Source: the human T2T-CHM13v2.0 reference genome, Homo sapiens. Taken from it: a stretch of DNA of 64,000 nt. A program made the position numbers and the translations under genes. The DNA lies in assembly GCF_009914755.1 (NCBI RefSeq), contig NC_060937.1; one strand, 5' to 3'. Positions 13,667-26,400 of this stretch are shown in pieces (within the stretch, counting starts at the first letter, position 1; each line of letters starts with the position of its first letter). A model generated the notes under the pieces. The model was not told where the DNA came from. It made no database searches and was given only the letters and a program-made list of their open reading frames with translations.

Positions 13667-13754
13667 CTGGAATTATTTTCTATTTCTGAGGAAGAGTTTG
13701 AGAAATAGGCTATTGAGCATAACTTGCAGGGGGCAGGAACCTTTTAAACTAACT
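13667..13754 (-). other. Candidate 88-nt non-coding exon (unverified)
   Basis: Minus-strand acceptor tgttattttttcag| and consensus donor ccag|gtgagt; stops in all frames; same strand as the inferred host transcript. Confidence 0.4.
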
Positions 13755-14979
13755 CTGAAAAAATAACATTTTAAAAGATTCTTCCACAATTTGGAGTTCT
13801 TGTCAGCACAAGGCCATTTGGATTGATGATTCAAATATAACTTGTACTGTGAAAACGTTCTAGAAGGGCCCTGGAACACTGTATTTCAGCAGTTGAGGCA
13901 CACCAGCCCAGTGGATAGAGGACACCCCACTACCAGAATGATAGATTTGCTTATTCCATGCTAATGAAGTTTTCTTCTTCCTATGTCCTGCGTTTGTTTA
14001 CTGGTAACGAATAAAACATTAAAACAGCCATTTAGAATATAAAGCACAGTAGTTCCTGCAAATGGTAAAGTTATGCTGGCTGTAGTTTAGGGTACTAAGG
14101 CTGTTATTTATAGAATAAAACCCATTATCACTACTCAAATATTGAACATGCGTAGTTTGTATTCAAAGATAAAGTTGCCACAGGGGACTATTGATATAGG
14201 AAATATGGCTGGAGAGATATGGAATGCATATTAAAATTTATATACTGAAAAGAAAGAATGTATTTAACAGGTATATTTAATATTCCAGTAGCATTGACCG
14301 CAATTGTTAAAGTTATATATGCTGACATTTCAGTTATAACCTTCTATTTTCAGTGCCTTCGCAGTTCAATCCAAAAATTTTCTGCAGGCCCAAAAGTATG
14401 TACTTTCCAAGGTCTCCGTCTGTAAAGGGCTTTTTTTGTTAATGTTCAGCAGATTGAAACTTTGAAAACCAAAGGCAAATTTGAATGTGTTTTTCCTCAC
14501 AGGACCACCAAATTTTGAAATGAATAAGTAAGGATTTAACACAATGTTTTTCTAAGTAAAGCTGTGAGGTTAAGAGTTTGCCATGGTTAATTCAATAGCA
14601 AATGGTGAAGTCAGGAATCAAATCCAAGGATTGTGAATCCAAAATCTGTGCTCATAACTACTACAGTTTATTACCTTTTCATGATCATAGCTGGATAGAG
14701 GCACATTTATATATAATAAATTATATACTATTAGTATACAGTAGTATGTAATATAAACAGTAGATTATATACATCTAATTGTAAAACAATGCTAGAAAAT
14801 GTTTACTCTTCTAATCTTTCTAGTATCCTGCAACTCTTACTATTACCATAGACTGATCCATGTCTAATTTATTGCTATTGTAATCCCTAGTAAACTTAAA
14901 AGGTGTATGTGTAATTCTTTGTGCAATTTCTGAAGTCTCCACTAGGTTATAAATTTGGTGAGCACAGGGTACCATAAGG

Positions 14980-15150
14980 CTCACTGAACTTTCTAAGACC
15001 TATTTTCTTCTAATATAAATGATGAGTAATAACAGTGCCTGTATCATAAACTGGCTAAAGGAATTAAACGAAATAATGCGAGTGCTTATCACAGTGCCCA
15101 GCACATAGGAAACACTCAGTAAATGACGATTGTTATCATTGTTATTATTA
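14980..15150 (+). mobile_element. MIR SINE fragment
   Basis: taataacagtgcctgtatcata...gaattaaacgaaataatgc...acagtgcccagcacataggaaacactcagtaaatg. Confidence 0.75.
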
Positions 15151-15269
15151 CTTTTATCCACCCTAGTGCGCCCATGAGTTTCACAGGGTTGGGTGCATGA
15201 GAGAATCTCAGTAAATAATAATAAGTCTTAAAATATTCATTAATTTAAGCAACACCCCCTAGATATACT

Positions 15270-15660
15270 TACATACACCCTCTCTTTCCACAGGCATAGC
15301 AATCTCTCCAACATGAATATTTGTACACTGTTCCCTCTATCTTTATAAAACACTATTACCCAACCTAATTTTAATCTGGCTAACTCCTACTTTGCCTCTA
15401 GGTTCTGACTCCCTTTCTTCCCAAGGTAGGTCTTAAACTCTGAGACTATTACGGGACTCACTTATGCTTTCATTGGACTCTCTTCTTGCCCCTAATCATC
15501 AAAGCATTTAACAACAAGCATTCTTAATATCATTGTATTTGCCTTAATACACCACCAGACTGCAAAATTCCTTAGCCAGATACTATCCTTTTATCATGGT
15601 AAAGGCATTAGAGATATGGACATAAAAGATGGACATAACAGATGTTTACTAAACATTGGT
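15270..15660 (+). mobile_element. L2 3' fragment
   Basis: atctggctaactcctactttgcc...ccaccagactgcaaaattcctt is typical of a decayed L2 3' end. Confidence 0.55.
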
Positions 15661-15759
15661 TTTTAAAAAAAGAGCAAATAAGTATGTCTATTGGAATAAC
15701 TTTTCCATTATTCTCATCCTCCCTAGCAAATGTCTCACTGGATTTAGGCTTTGGTTCAA

Positions 15760-16890
15760 TTTCTAAAATGAACCAAAAGGAAAATGACAGATAAGCCCAT
15801 TAAAAAAGAAAAATGGACCAAAAACAAACAAAAAATTTGGATAAGTTCCTCCCAAGAGATAGCCAAATGGCCATTTACATGCGAAAGATATTCATTAATA
15901 TGAATCATTAGGAAAATGCACATTAAAACCACCAAGAGACACCAATACACAGCCATTAGAATGGCAAAAAGACAATGTGAAGAATAAAAACAATACGGAG
16001 TATCTGGAATTCCAGATTTGGTTTGTTTGTTTTTTAAGAGACAAGGTCTTGCTCTGTCACCCAGGCTGGAGTGCAATGGCATGTGATCATAGCTCAGTGA
16101 AGCCTCAAACTCCTGGGCTCAAGCCATCCTCCCACCTCAGCCTCCTAAGTAGCTAGGAGTACAGGCATGTGCCACCATGCCCAGCTAATTTTTTAAATTT
16201 TTGGTAGAGACGAGGTCTTACTCTGTTGCCCATACTGGTCTTGACCTCCTGACCTCAAGTGTTCCTCCTGCCCTAGCCTCCCACAGTGCTGGGATTACAG
16301 GTGTAAGCCACCATGCCCTGCCTCTCATGTAGCATTGACAAATGTCTAAATGACACAGTTACTTAGGCAAACTGTTTGGCAGTGTCTACTAAAATGAAAA
16401 TATACTCCTTAAGACTCAGCAATTCTACTTTTAGAAACATGCCCTACACTTTTTTGTGTACATGGTGCACCAAAAGGCACTTCTAGAAAATTCACAGTGC
16501 AGATTCCCAACTGCTGTAAACTGGAAACAATCCAAATGTCTATCATCAGTAAAATGGATGAATAAATCTGTGGAAGCTTTTTGATAAACTCATAATGGAA
16601 TATTATACATCAATTTTAAAATTCATATGGACCCCCAAAATAATGTTGAGCAGAAAAGGCCGGACTCAAAACAGCACATGTACTCGTGGCATTCAGGGAC
16701 AGTCGTCTATGGTGATAGGAGACAGCACAGTAGTTGACACTTGTGCAAGAGGCTGCTGGTAATGTTTTATGACTATCTGGATAAATACTGTGTGTATATC
16801 TTCATTTTGTGGGAACTCATCCATTTGTACATTTGTAATATATGCACTTCCTTGAGTGAACTACACTTTAGTCAAAAAGTGAACTAAAAA
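15760..16890 (+). mobile_element. L1ME-type LINE 3' fragment split by an AluJ
   Basis: aatcattaggaaaatgcacattaaaaccac...cattagaatggcaaaa, then aaactgtttggcagtgtctactaaa...aactggaaacaatccaaatgtctatca. Confidence 0.8.
16017..16322 (-). mobile_element. AluJ (Jo-like) SINE
   Basis: gagacaaggtcttgctctgtcacccaggctggagtgc...gatcatagctca...ctgggctcaagccatcctccc. Confidence 0.94.
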
Positions 16891-16918
16891 TGAGCGAATA
16901 AATAAGTGCCCTCAACCT

Positions 16919-16945
16919 AAAAAAAAAAAAAAAAAAAAAAAAAAA
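16919..16945 (+). repeat. Poly(A) run (about 27 nt)
   Basis: Uninterrupted A tract just downstream of the L1ME fragment. Confidence 0.9.
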
Positions 16946-17773
16946 GTCAACACATAAGGTAGTTATGTGAACTTATAAGTTATGTGAATTATCTCACAAA
17001 AACTTTATGAAGTCTGAAATCCTCAGAACCAGACAAGTCATTTGATTCTATTTGAGATCTTATCTTAATCATATCTTTAACTCTTCTCTTCATTGGGAAA
17101 TTCTATTTTCATCTAGTTGCTGAATACAGACTACATATACACAGGATTAACACTGCCATAAAAAGCTATAGTACGTTGGTACCAACTTTATCAAAAGAGG
17201 CCCTCCTTCCTGTCCCCCCCACCCCCCAAAAAAAAACCTTTTTAAGTGATGGTACACAGCAATAACAGGATCATTATCTTTTTCGTTACAAATAGAAAAA
17301 TATGAAGGAAAAGATTTTCCTGAGATAAGTTGGCGACTGTCAAAAAAGACAGAAATGATACACACACATCTATACATGTATATGTATAATAATATTTATA
17401 CATATATCTAAAGCAAACAGTCTGAGTTGAAAGAAATTGGCCAAGCTGCAGTGAAAGGCACAGAGAAGCAGGCGCCCTGGCATATCAATGATTGTCTAAC
17501 CCTCCAGGGATGAACTAAAGAAAGGGGAAGAAAGCATTAGAGCAGACAGTTCCAGAGCTGTCACCAAGGAGCACTGTCATCTCTGCTAGGCTGGGAGAGT
17601 ACACAGGGCATGAGATTATTCAGTGGTGCATGCCAGCTCCACTCTACCTTCCTCAATAATATCATGGAAGAATGTGATAAATTAGGATTGGAACAACCAA
17701 GGCCAGGAGAAAACTTTTGAAAATTCTTATAATTACTGCTTTTTTTTTTTTTTACTTAAAAAAATATACACAC

Positions 17774-18240
17774 GATTCAGCCATAATAAAGAGGGAAATC
17801 CTGCCATTTGTGACAACACAGATGAATCTGTGTGACATTATTCTAAGTGAAATAAGCCAGGCACAGAAAGGCAAATACTGCATGATCTCACTCACATGTG
17901 GAATCTTAAAAAGTTGATTTCATTAGAAGTAGAGAGCAGAATGGTGGTTACCAGAAGCTGGAGTAGTTGGGGAGATGTTGGTCAAAGAATACATATTTGC
18001 AGTTAGACAGGAGAAATACATTCAAGACATCTATTGTACAGCATACTGACTTTAATTATTGATATACTGTATTCTTGAAAAATACTAAGTGACATTAAAG
18101 TGTTCTCTCCAAAAAACAGTAACTATGTGAGGTAATGCATTTGTTAATTAGCTAGATTTAACCATTCTACGGTGTATATGTACTTCAAAACATCATGTTG
18201 TAAATAATACATACAATTTTATATCAGTTAAAAAAATAAA
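17774..18240 (+). mobile_element. L1MA5-like 5'-truncated LINE 3' end
   Basis: gaaatcctgccatttgtgacaaca...ctaagtgaaataagccaggcacagaaag...aactatgtgaggtaatgcatttgttaattagctagattta; degenerate TSD acttaaaaaaatatacacac / acttgaagaatatatacatac. Confidence 0.9.
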
Positions 18241-20263
18241 CTTGAAGAATATATACATACATAGGTAACATCTTCAATAAATGAAACTTCAATGGAATTT
18301 TACCAATTTAAATTAGTAATAATGTTTCTGCACAATGAATTATTCACTAAGGGGGTGCTCACTACTGTTGAAAAAGTATACAAAATAAATCTATATATAT
18401 ATAATTTCCACAAGGCAAATTAACCTTTGGAAATGGGCCACTGTTCAGATCATTCGCAAATGTAGTTTTTACTGAACATTTCTGTCTCAATGGCAATGGT
18501 GTTTCACTCCATAACGTTCAAATATTTAGGTATCATCCTAGCCTTATCATAGATGATTCAGCAAGGCCTATTACACTGAAAAGAACCCATGTTTTATCTT
18601 TTACTGATGAAAACAATCGATATCAGGCATGCTTTATTCAGCTAACAGAAATTACAAAAACTGTGTATGTATTTTTTTAAAGCTTGGAGGGGAAAAAATT
18701 TGTTTTAATTTATAATAACATATTAGAGGTCTACATTTCTGGATCAAGGGTCTTCAAATGGGGACTCACAATTGAGGCAAACTAAGTCTTATTTTAGGAA
18801 CATTTACTTACATATACATAGGTAAATAAATCAAAATGTTAACTTATTATGTTTTAAATACAAATATGCAGAAATTAGGATTGGTCTTGTCTACTGAAGT
18901 TCAAGTTTTTAAGTGGTTTTACCAAAGAGGATTAACACTCAAACTTTCATTACAAAACTATATCTCTACTCCCATACTATCAACTATCCATATGAAAACT
19001 TCAAACTGAAAAGAGTTTAAGTAATTGAATGTAATTCCATTTCACTGTAACTCTCTTTGGATAAGCATATTCATTATAAATCAATACAAAATTATAGAAT
19101 TATCACAGAGAAAGCAGTTTCCATTTATGCTGTTCATGCTGAAAATCAGATTTCTCTGTCAAGAAGCTTACTCATAATAGGTCTTTTTAACTTACAAGTC
19201 CCTTGCAACAAAAACTCTAACATCGTATGTTTAAATAAAAGTAGGTAGCAGATCAATATAATGTTACATCTCTTGTAATTAGATTAAAATACAATTTCTC
19301 CTTTTCCTGGAAACATCTTTTTCTTGTGGAAAATGCTCCCAATTTTAACGTTTTTAAGAGAATAAAAATGTACTCCTTTATTTCCTCAGCAAAAGCAAAA
19401 TAAATTGTGCAGACTCCAAACTGCATTGAAGCCCCCTGGTCTTTTCTTTCAGGAACCTCTGTAACAGTAACATAAACTCAAGTCCATGGTCCCCGTGATC
19501 ACATGCTCTCATTGCTCAGGGTCATGGCCTGGACATTAAATATAAGTGTCAGGCAGTCATAAAATCTTAACAATTTCAAAATCTTTAGGGATCAAATATA
19601 AAATGACATTATGTTGTGAGGGGACTGAAATCCCATGGCCTGTGGCCATGTCTTAAAGGTGCTTGACAAGCTGGGAAAGAAAAGAAGAAAAACCCAGTCT
19701 GCCTTAAAACAAATCATTCCTACATGGAATTTGGTTATAAAAAAGACTTTACATGTCTCATATTTATATTCACTAACGTATCTTTTCATGCAATATATAC
19801 TTCAAAAAGCAATTTCAGAAATTGTTTAATAATATTTGGGTTTTTTTCCAATTACACAGTGCTCGTAAATGAAAGCAACTCCCATATAACCAAAGCATCT
19901 TAGAAAAAGCACGCAGTCCATGCCAAGGATAGAATCAAGCTCTCTCAACTCTATTCAACCTATCACAGCTGTGCTGAAGAAAGAAAACGGGTACCCTAAT
20001 CACTACAGGGCAAACCCTACAAAGATGGCAGCAACACATTAATGATGCCTACCACATCTCACTCAAGGTCTTAGCACGAATAGGAAGCTTGACAAAAGGC
20101 AATGATTTAGAATGCACTCTAATTTTTAAGGAAGTCAGTGTTATGGCCAGGATCAGGAAAAATGAACCCAAGACACATGTTTTCTGAGATTTACAATCAG
20201 GTAGAAATAGAGAAGGGCAAGGAAATAATTGTTTAGACTTTTCCATAAAAATATGGAATGGAA

Positions 20264-20599
<336 letters not shown>

Positions 20600-20710
20600 T
20601 CACAATTCTGAAAAAAGGACTGACAAGTCTCATGGTTTTCCATTACCATCAAGATCCAGACCCCTCGACGTCTGCTACTACACAGCTGTGCCAAAAGCAA
20701 ATTCTACCTT

Positions 20711-20764
20711 GGAGAAAAGGTGGTTTCATGTAAAGACGGTGAAAAGGTGGTTTCACCTAAAGAC
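20711..20764. repeat. Imperfect 27-bp tandem duplication
   Basis: ggagaaaaggtggtttcatgtaaagac / ggtgaaaaggtggtttcacctaaagac. Confidence 0.9.
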
Positions 20765-22109
20765 CATGCCAAGAAAAAGGAGACGTCGAAAGAAAAGAAA
20801 AAAGCATTTTGAATTAAACCAAAAAGAATGATTGGTGTCATGAGAAAAATCAGTTTGATGTGTTATTAATAAGTTCATAAAATTGCTACTCACATCAGGA
20901 ATGATCAGGCATTTGACTCAATAGCATTACTCCCACTTTTCTCATCAAGAAAAAAAAAAGATGCCTTACTATAATAAATCATATTTCATTAATTCTATGT
21001 TAGTCTAGGGCAGTAAGGGTCCTGGAAGTTGGCAGTTGATTGTAATTCCATGTTTTTGAGAAACTTTCAGTAGAAGAGGCTACAAATAGGACATGATGTT
21101 CGTTTGTGACGCAGGGGATTCTGTAAAATGACTGCTGTGGAAGGGGGAACAGGGAAAAGTTTGGCAGCATAGCATAATAGATCCAGAGGAGGGTTGCATC
21201 TGGCTAGTACAGGCATGGGAGAGCTGACTGCACACATCTCTTTACAACCCCATGACTACACTTCAGTAGCTTGAAATCCATCATAGTCTGTGTATTTACA
21301 TCAAGGAAGTCAGCAAATGCTACAAATAAGGGCCTTTTATTCAGGAAGTCGCTTGCCAGTATGCCACTGGTTAGTTCCAAAGGACAAATCTCACTGATAG
21401 TCTCCTATCAAGAAAATAGAAGTGCTATAATCTACCTCAAAGGATTGATAAGCAAATTAAATAAAGCAAGAGTGCTTATCAGTAGATACACAAGAACTTC
21501 GGATAGCAATGACTATGAGTGCTTTTAAGAACTGCCATCAAGCATAGATCTCAGAACCAATCTTAAAGAATTTCACCAATGATGAGGTCTCCCTAATGTG
21601 GTCTCAAAACATAGTGATGGTCATCAGGAGGGTAGTAAAGCATGTGGACAAAGCAAGGAAATGAGTGCAGGATGAAGGCGGCTTTCATTCCAAGTCATCT
21701 ACATGCAAAAGACCTGCTTTAAATCTGATCTTTTTGTGTCTTAGATATTCTAAATATACTGTCATTATGAAGGAAATGGCAACAATACTAGATATTAGTC
21801 ACTAGTACAGCATCAGAGGTATTAACAACATATCTCTTAGTCAATAACACCACAGGCACAACCCAAATGACAAGTCTACAAAGTACAAGGCAGACTGCAA
21901 GATGGAGAAATAGGAGCTTCTTGGAAATAATCACATAATACGGGGGCAACATTCACTGCAAACAGAATTTCAGAAAAAAACATAATTATACAGACATTTT
22001 TATGTCCTGCACAAAAATTATCTGTACTTATGTCTATACACACACATTAAGTCCCCTCTGTACAGGCTCAATGGATTATACACAACTGAAACAGCCACCA
22101 GTGGCCACA

Positions 22110-22183
22110 GTCTCCCACTTCTGCCACATGGCATTTTTCAAATTTTGTCTCCCACTTCTGCCACATGGCATTTTTCAAATTTT
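22110..22183. repeat. Perfect 37-bp tandem duplication
   Basis: gtctcccacttctgccacatggcatttttcaaatttt occurs twice head-to-tail (22110-22146, 22147-22183). Confidence 0.97.
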
Positions 22184-22519
22184 TTCCTCTCACTGGGTAT
22201 CCCCTCACATCTATACTTTTGCAACCTTACACTTTCATTCTCATTTCCTTCATGTGGGCCCAAGACAGGTTTTCCCACAGAACATGCAATGGTGCAGAAA
22301 ATAGGAGGGAAAAGGGTAAATCCAAAAAAAAAAAAAAATTGACCCCCTCTCACCCCACCTGCAGCCACCTGCACCCACCTGCAGTGACCACTCCAACCCC
22401 CCCAACATATAACGTATTGGCCGCCTCCTTTGAAGATGTCTGGGAAGGCCTTGAATTATGAAAAAGAAAGAACACAGTACAGAAGAAGGTATTTTGTCAT
22501 GCTGAGATCTCATCCATCC

Positions 22520-22880
22520 ATCCACTGTGGAAAAAAAAAAAAAATCACCGGGAGCTTCAAAACTCTCTTCGACCTAACTCTCTGCATCCCTAACCAAATG
22601 GCAGGCTGCATCCCTAACCTCTGGTGTTGGGGCTCACGCATCAGTAAGTTTCAGAAGCCAACAAACTGATTCTAATGTGCACCTGGCTAGTTCTTACTCT
22701 TCCCTCTGCACTAGTGATTCTCTGCTCTAGCTGCATAATCCAAGATTCCCTTGGGAAGTTTTAAAACATACAGATGCCCAGGCCCTACCCTTAACCCACC
22801 AGATTAGAACCTCTGGGGATGGGATCCTAGTATGGAATAGCTTTCCCATAAAATGCCAAACTGAAGTGATGGTTGAAAAT
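22520..22880. mobile_element. Two adjacent MER5-like (hAT-Charlie) fragments
   Basis: aatcaccgggagctt...tgattctaatgtgca and ttttaaaacatacagatgcccaggccctaccc...agaacctctggggatggga. Confidence 0.55.
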
Positions 22881-23018
22881 GAATGTTCTTCACCTACAGA
22901 TGTTTGGTTTTGTTTTTGAGAATTTTCGAGAACGTTAAAAATTACTTACATGTTTGCTAAAAAACAGACTTACAGGGGAGAAACTCAGAGACCGTGTTCT
23001 TCTCTACTTATTGGCAGG

Positions 23019-23454
23019 TGTATTAGTTTCCTAGGGCTGCAGTAAGGAAGTAGCACATGCCAGGTGGCTTTTAAGAACAGAAATCTACTCTCTCACAGTT
23101 ATGGAGGCTGAAATTCCAAAATCAAGTTGTTGGTAGGGCCACGTTCTCTCTGAAGCCTGTAGAGCAGAATCTGTTCCATGCCTTTCTCTGAGTTTCTGGT
23201 GGTTCCAATAATCGCTGGTATTCCTTGGCCTGTAAATATATCACTCCAATCTCTGCCTCTGTGACATGGTGCTCTCCCTATGTGTGTGTCTTCTTAGAAG
23301 GACACAGCCATATTGGATTAAAGGCCACTCTACTCTAGGATGACCTCATCTTAATTCATTACATTGGCAACAACTCTAATTCCAAATGAGATCACATTCT
23401 GAGGTCCCAAAAAGGACATGAATTTTGTGGGGACACCAACCCAGGAACTAACTA
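23019..23454 (-). mobile_element. MLT1B/C MaLR solo LTR
   Basis: Starts tgtattagtttcctagggctgc; includes acagaaatctactctctcacagtt, gatgacctcatcttaatt and cacattctgaggt; possible 5-bp TSD gcagg (23014-23018, 23455-23459). Confidence 0.9.
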
Positions 23455-26400
23455 GCAGGAAAGGGGGCTGATAGCTACTATGGCCAGAGCATCAGCTGTT
23501 CATTGTGAAGAGGTAGCAGATTAAGCAAGTTTCTGGTGATCTTGAAGAAAAGGGGCATGTGAAATACAGCTAGGGTTAAGACAGTTCCTAAGAGATCAAA
23601 GTGCAAAGAGATTCCAACCCCTAACAGTTTTATCACCACCAGTGCACTGGAGCCCCACTGCAACTCCTAGCCTCTGAAATATCAAGTTGTGTATGGCTTA
23701 TAACTTTCAAATCCATATTTATACTGTCAGAGCTACAGCAATGCCCCTAAAAATTCATACGAAAACTCAAAACATTTTCCAATAGATACACTGTCATATA
23801 CAGGGTTATCACATAATGGCAGTACCATATTCTAATTTGGGGGATACTGTAGAAGAAATAAGCTTTGTGGAATTAACCACACCTCACAGACAGATACATA
23901 ATCATCAACTATATTTCAGGAGAAAATACATTCTCAATTCCAACTTCATGCTCTAACAAATATCCAACAAAATAGTAAATTCTCCATGGCTTACCAGCTT
24001 AGTTGCCCATCTAATGGTTTATGTATTTGATTGTACTCACTATATAGTTAATACAGAACATTTGTTTCCAATTTAAAAAATGAGTATACGCATCATTCTG
24101 TCATGCTCAAGAACTTATTTTTGATACACTAAGAGCCCTTAACAGTAACAGCAGCAATCAGCTGGACCACTGCCGAGAGAGGGCAGGCATGCACACACAA
24201 TGAACACATGGAGTGAAAATATTTTTCACCAAAATAGTAATTCCATAGGTACAAATTAGTTAGGCCACTGATATTTGTGTCTTCTTCAGCTTCAAGTATC
24301 CTATAAAATAATTGACAATATTAACGAGTCTGTATTATTCATTTAAATATTACTTTAAGAGAGATAGGCAACATCATTTGTGGAAGCCACATTTTGTTTC
24401 TATATATGCAAATGCACTTGAGGGGGAAAAAGTCTCTCTAAAACATAGGAAATTAGGAGAAACTCCAAGTAATCTAACAGATTTTCACTTATTTCAGCTT
24501 TAATATACTTCAAATATTTGATACTCTACAGAAACCACCCACCTCTTCCCTGACACTTTTCAAACTTTAACCACCCACTGTTTTCCTAACTATGTTAAGT
24601 TCTCAACATAAATAAGCCAATGGAATCTCCCTTTATAACCAGCTCAGAGAGAAAAAAAATCTCTTCTATTTACTAAGCTGACAGGTACTTTGATCTCTCA
24701 CAGACTCATTCAGGTAACAATGTACATATGACAGAGTTTAAAGAAAGCAAACTCCTTTGGAAATTTAAAGTGTCTTAGAAGTCATGAACAAATGCAAATA
24801 AACTGAAAATGCAAAGGGGCTGTATCTCTATCACTTGCCTTTGCTTACTTTGTTTGACAGCTATGTTTCAAAGTGCAAGCAAGGAAATAAATCCTTCAAT
24901 TTGGCTGTGATACTTGGAAAGAAGCTTAAAGCAGTTTAATAACAGCAGTAAGATTAAACCATAATTCTACAAAAAAAAAAAAAATCCAAAAGGTGGCAAA
25001 AGGAAGTGCCTTTATGCAAATGTCATTGCTTCCCAACTACTTCTATTTTCTAAGGGAAGAAGTCTCTGTTGCTAATCGACTCATAAAGTGTCTGAATATA
25101 TCTGATGCTCACCACTGCTATAGCTTCAAGGTCATTTTAAGGTTCTTAGTTTCGCTACAAGTGGGTTGTGAACATTAGTGAGTTACACATGTTGGACACT
25201 TTGGTTTGTTCAGAGTTAAAAAAAAAAAAAAGAAAATCAGTGAGTAGTCTAAACAGATGCAAGAGTTCTGGCACTCCACTGCATAGGACATAATCATCAT
25301 TTACTAACATATACTGAGGTAAGAAAGGTACCCAAGGGAATTTAGAACTGTCCAGGTTTATATACTGCCTTTTTATAAACAGTCACTGTCATAAATATAA
25401 TGTAGATTATATTGATGAATAAAGTAAATGAAACACATTTGACTGACTGGATGACATTACCAAATGACTGCAGATATAGCTAAATGATGAGCCCAGGTAG
25501 ATACAAAGGCATCTTAACTTCCTCCGACTTGACAACTGTCAGATAACCACCTCTCTAGAGTCCCCATAACAGGCTGAAAACATTATTTGGTAAAATGCAA
25601 ACAATTAAATAATTTGGATTTGCTAAGATTTCTCTAGTGAAACAGTTGAGTTTTGGGTACCCTAACTCACAAACTTGACATTATTAATCATCATAATTTA
25701 TGCCAATTATGGATACAATGTGAAATGTCAATTTCCTATTTTTATTATAAAGATCGATTGCACATGGATTGCAAATTCATTACATGAAAACATTAACTCA
25801 AGATTTTGAAGAAAAAAAAAAAAACCTTTACCTTGGAGGAAAACTGGGTTCAAAAACTTAGCAATACTTCAAGTACCAAAATATATGTGTAGAAAAATAA
25901 AGAGGGATGGAAGAGGAAAAAAATCAGTTATTTCATTTCCAAAAAAGTGAAATATCTGCAAATCAACCTCTTTTTAGTTGCATGCTTCTCTAATAGAACT
26001 GTATGTAATTCCTTTATGTAAAGCCTAACTTATATAGTGAAAAAACATCACCTTGTATTATACATTTAAAAATGGTTAAACTAAAATTTTAAGTTGTATT
26101 TCACAATTTAAAAAGAAAATTAAAATAGTGATATTTAAGGTTCTTCTATTACAAAATAAGGAAGGAACAGTTTTCATCTTTGTAAGTTACATATGCATGC
26201 ACATATTTCCATGTTAGATACAGTTACATGACAATATATAATGTTTTAAAAAGGGTTAAAATAGTACATTTCTGTTACATCTATTTTACTATAATTAAAA
26301 ACAACAAATACCTGATTTGGATTCAAATATCAGTATCATTCACCTTGATTTCTATCCAGGGTAATCTGAAAAACATCGATTCTAACCTTCTGTAATTTGT

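Noticed and set aside
23995-24300. 306-nt minus-strand exon (ttttatag| ... ctg|gtaagc)
   Set aside because: Weak polypyrimidine tract, long for an internal exon, an in-frame stop and an unrecognised peptide.
26050-26305. Two similar AT-rich segments as a local duplication
   Set aside because: Both resemble short L1MB-type 3' termini and are too diverged and low-complexity to call.
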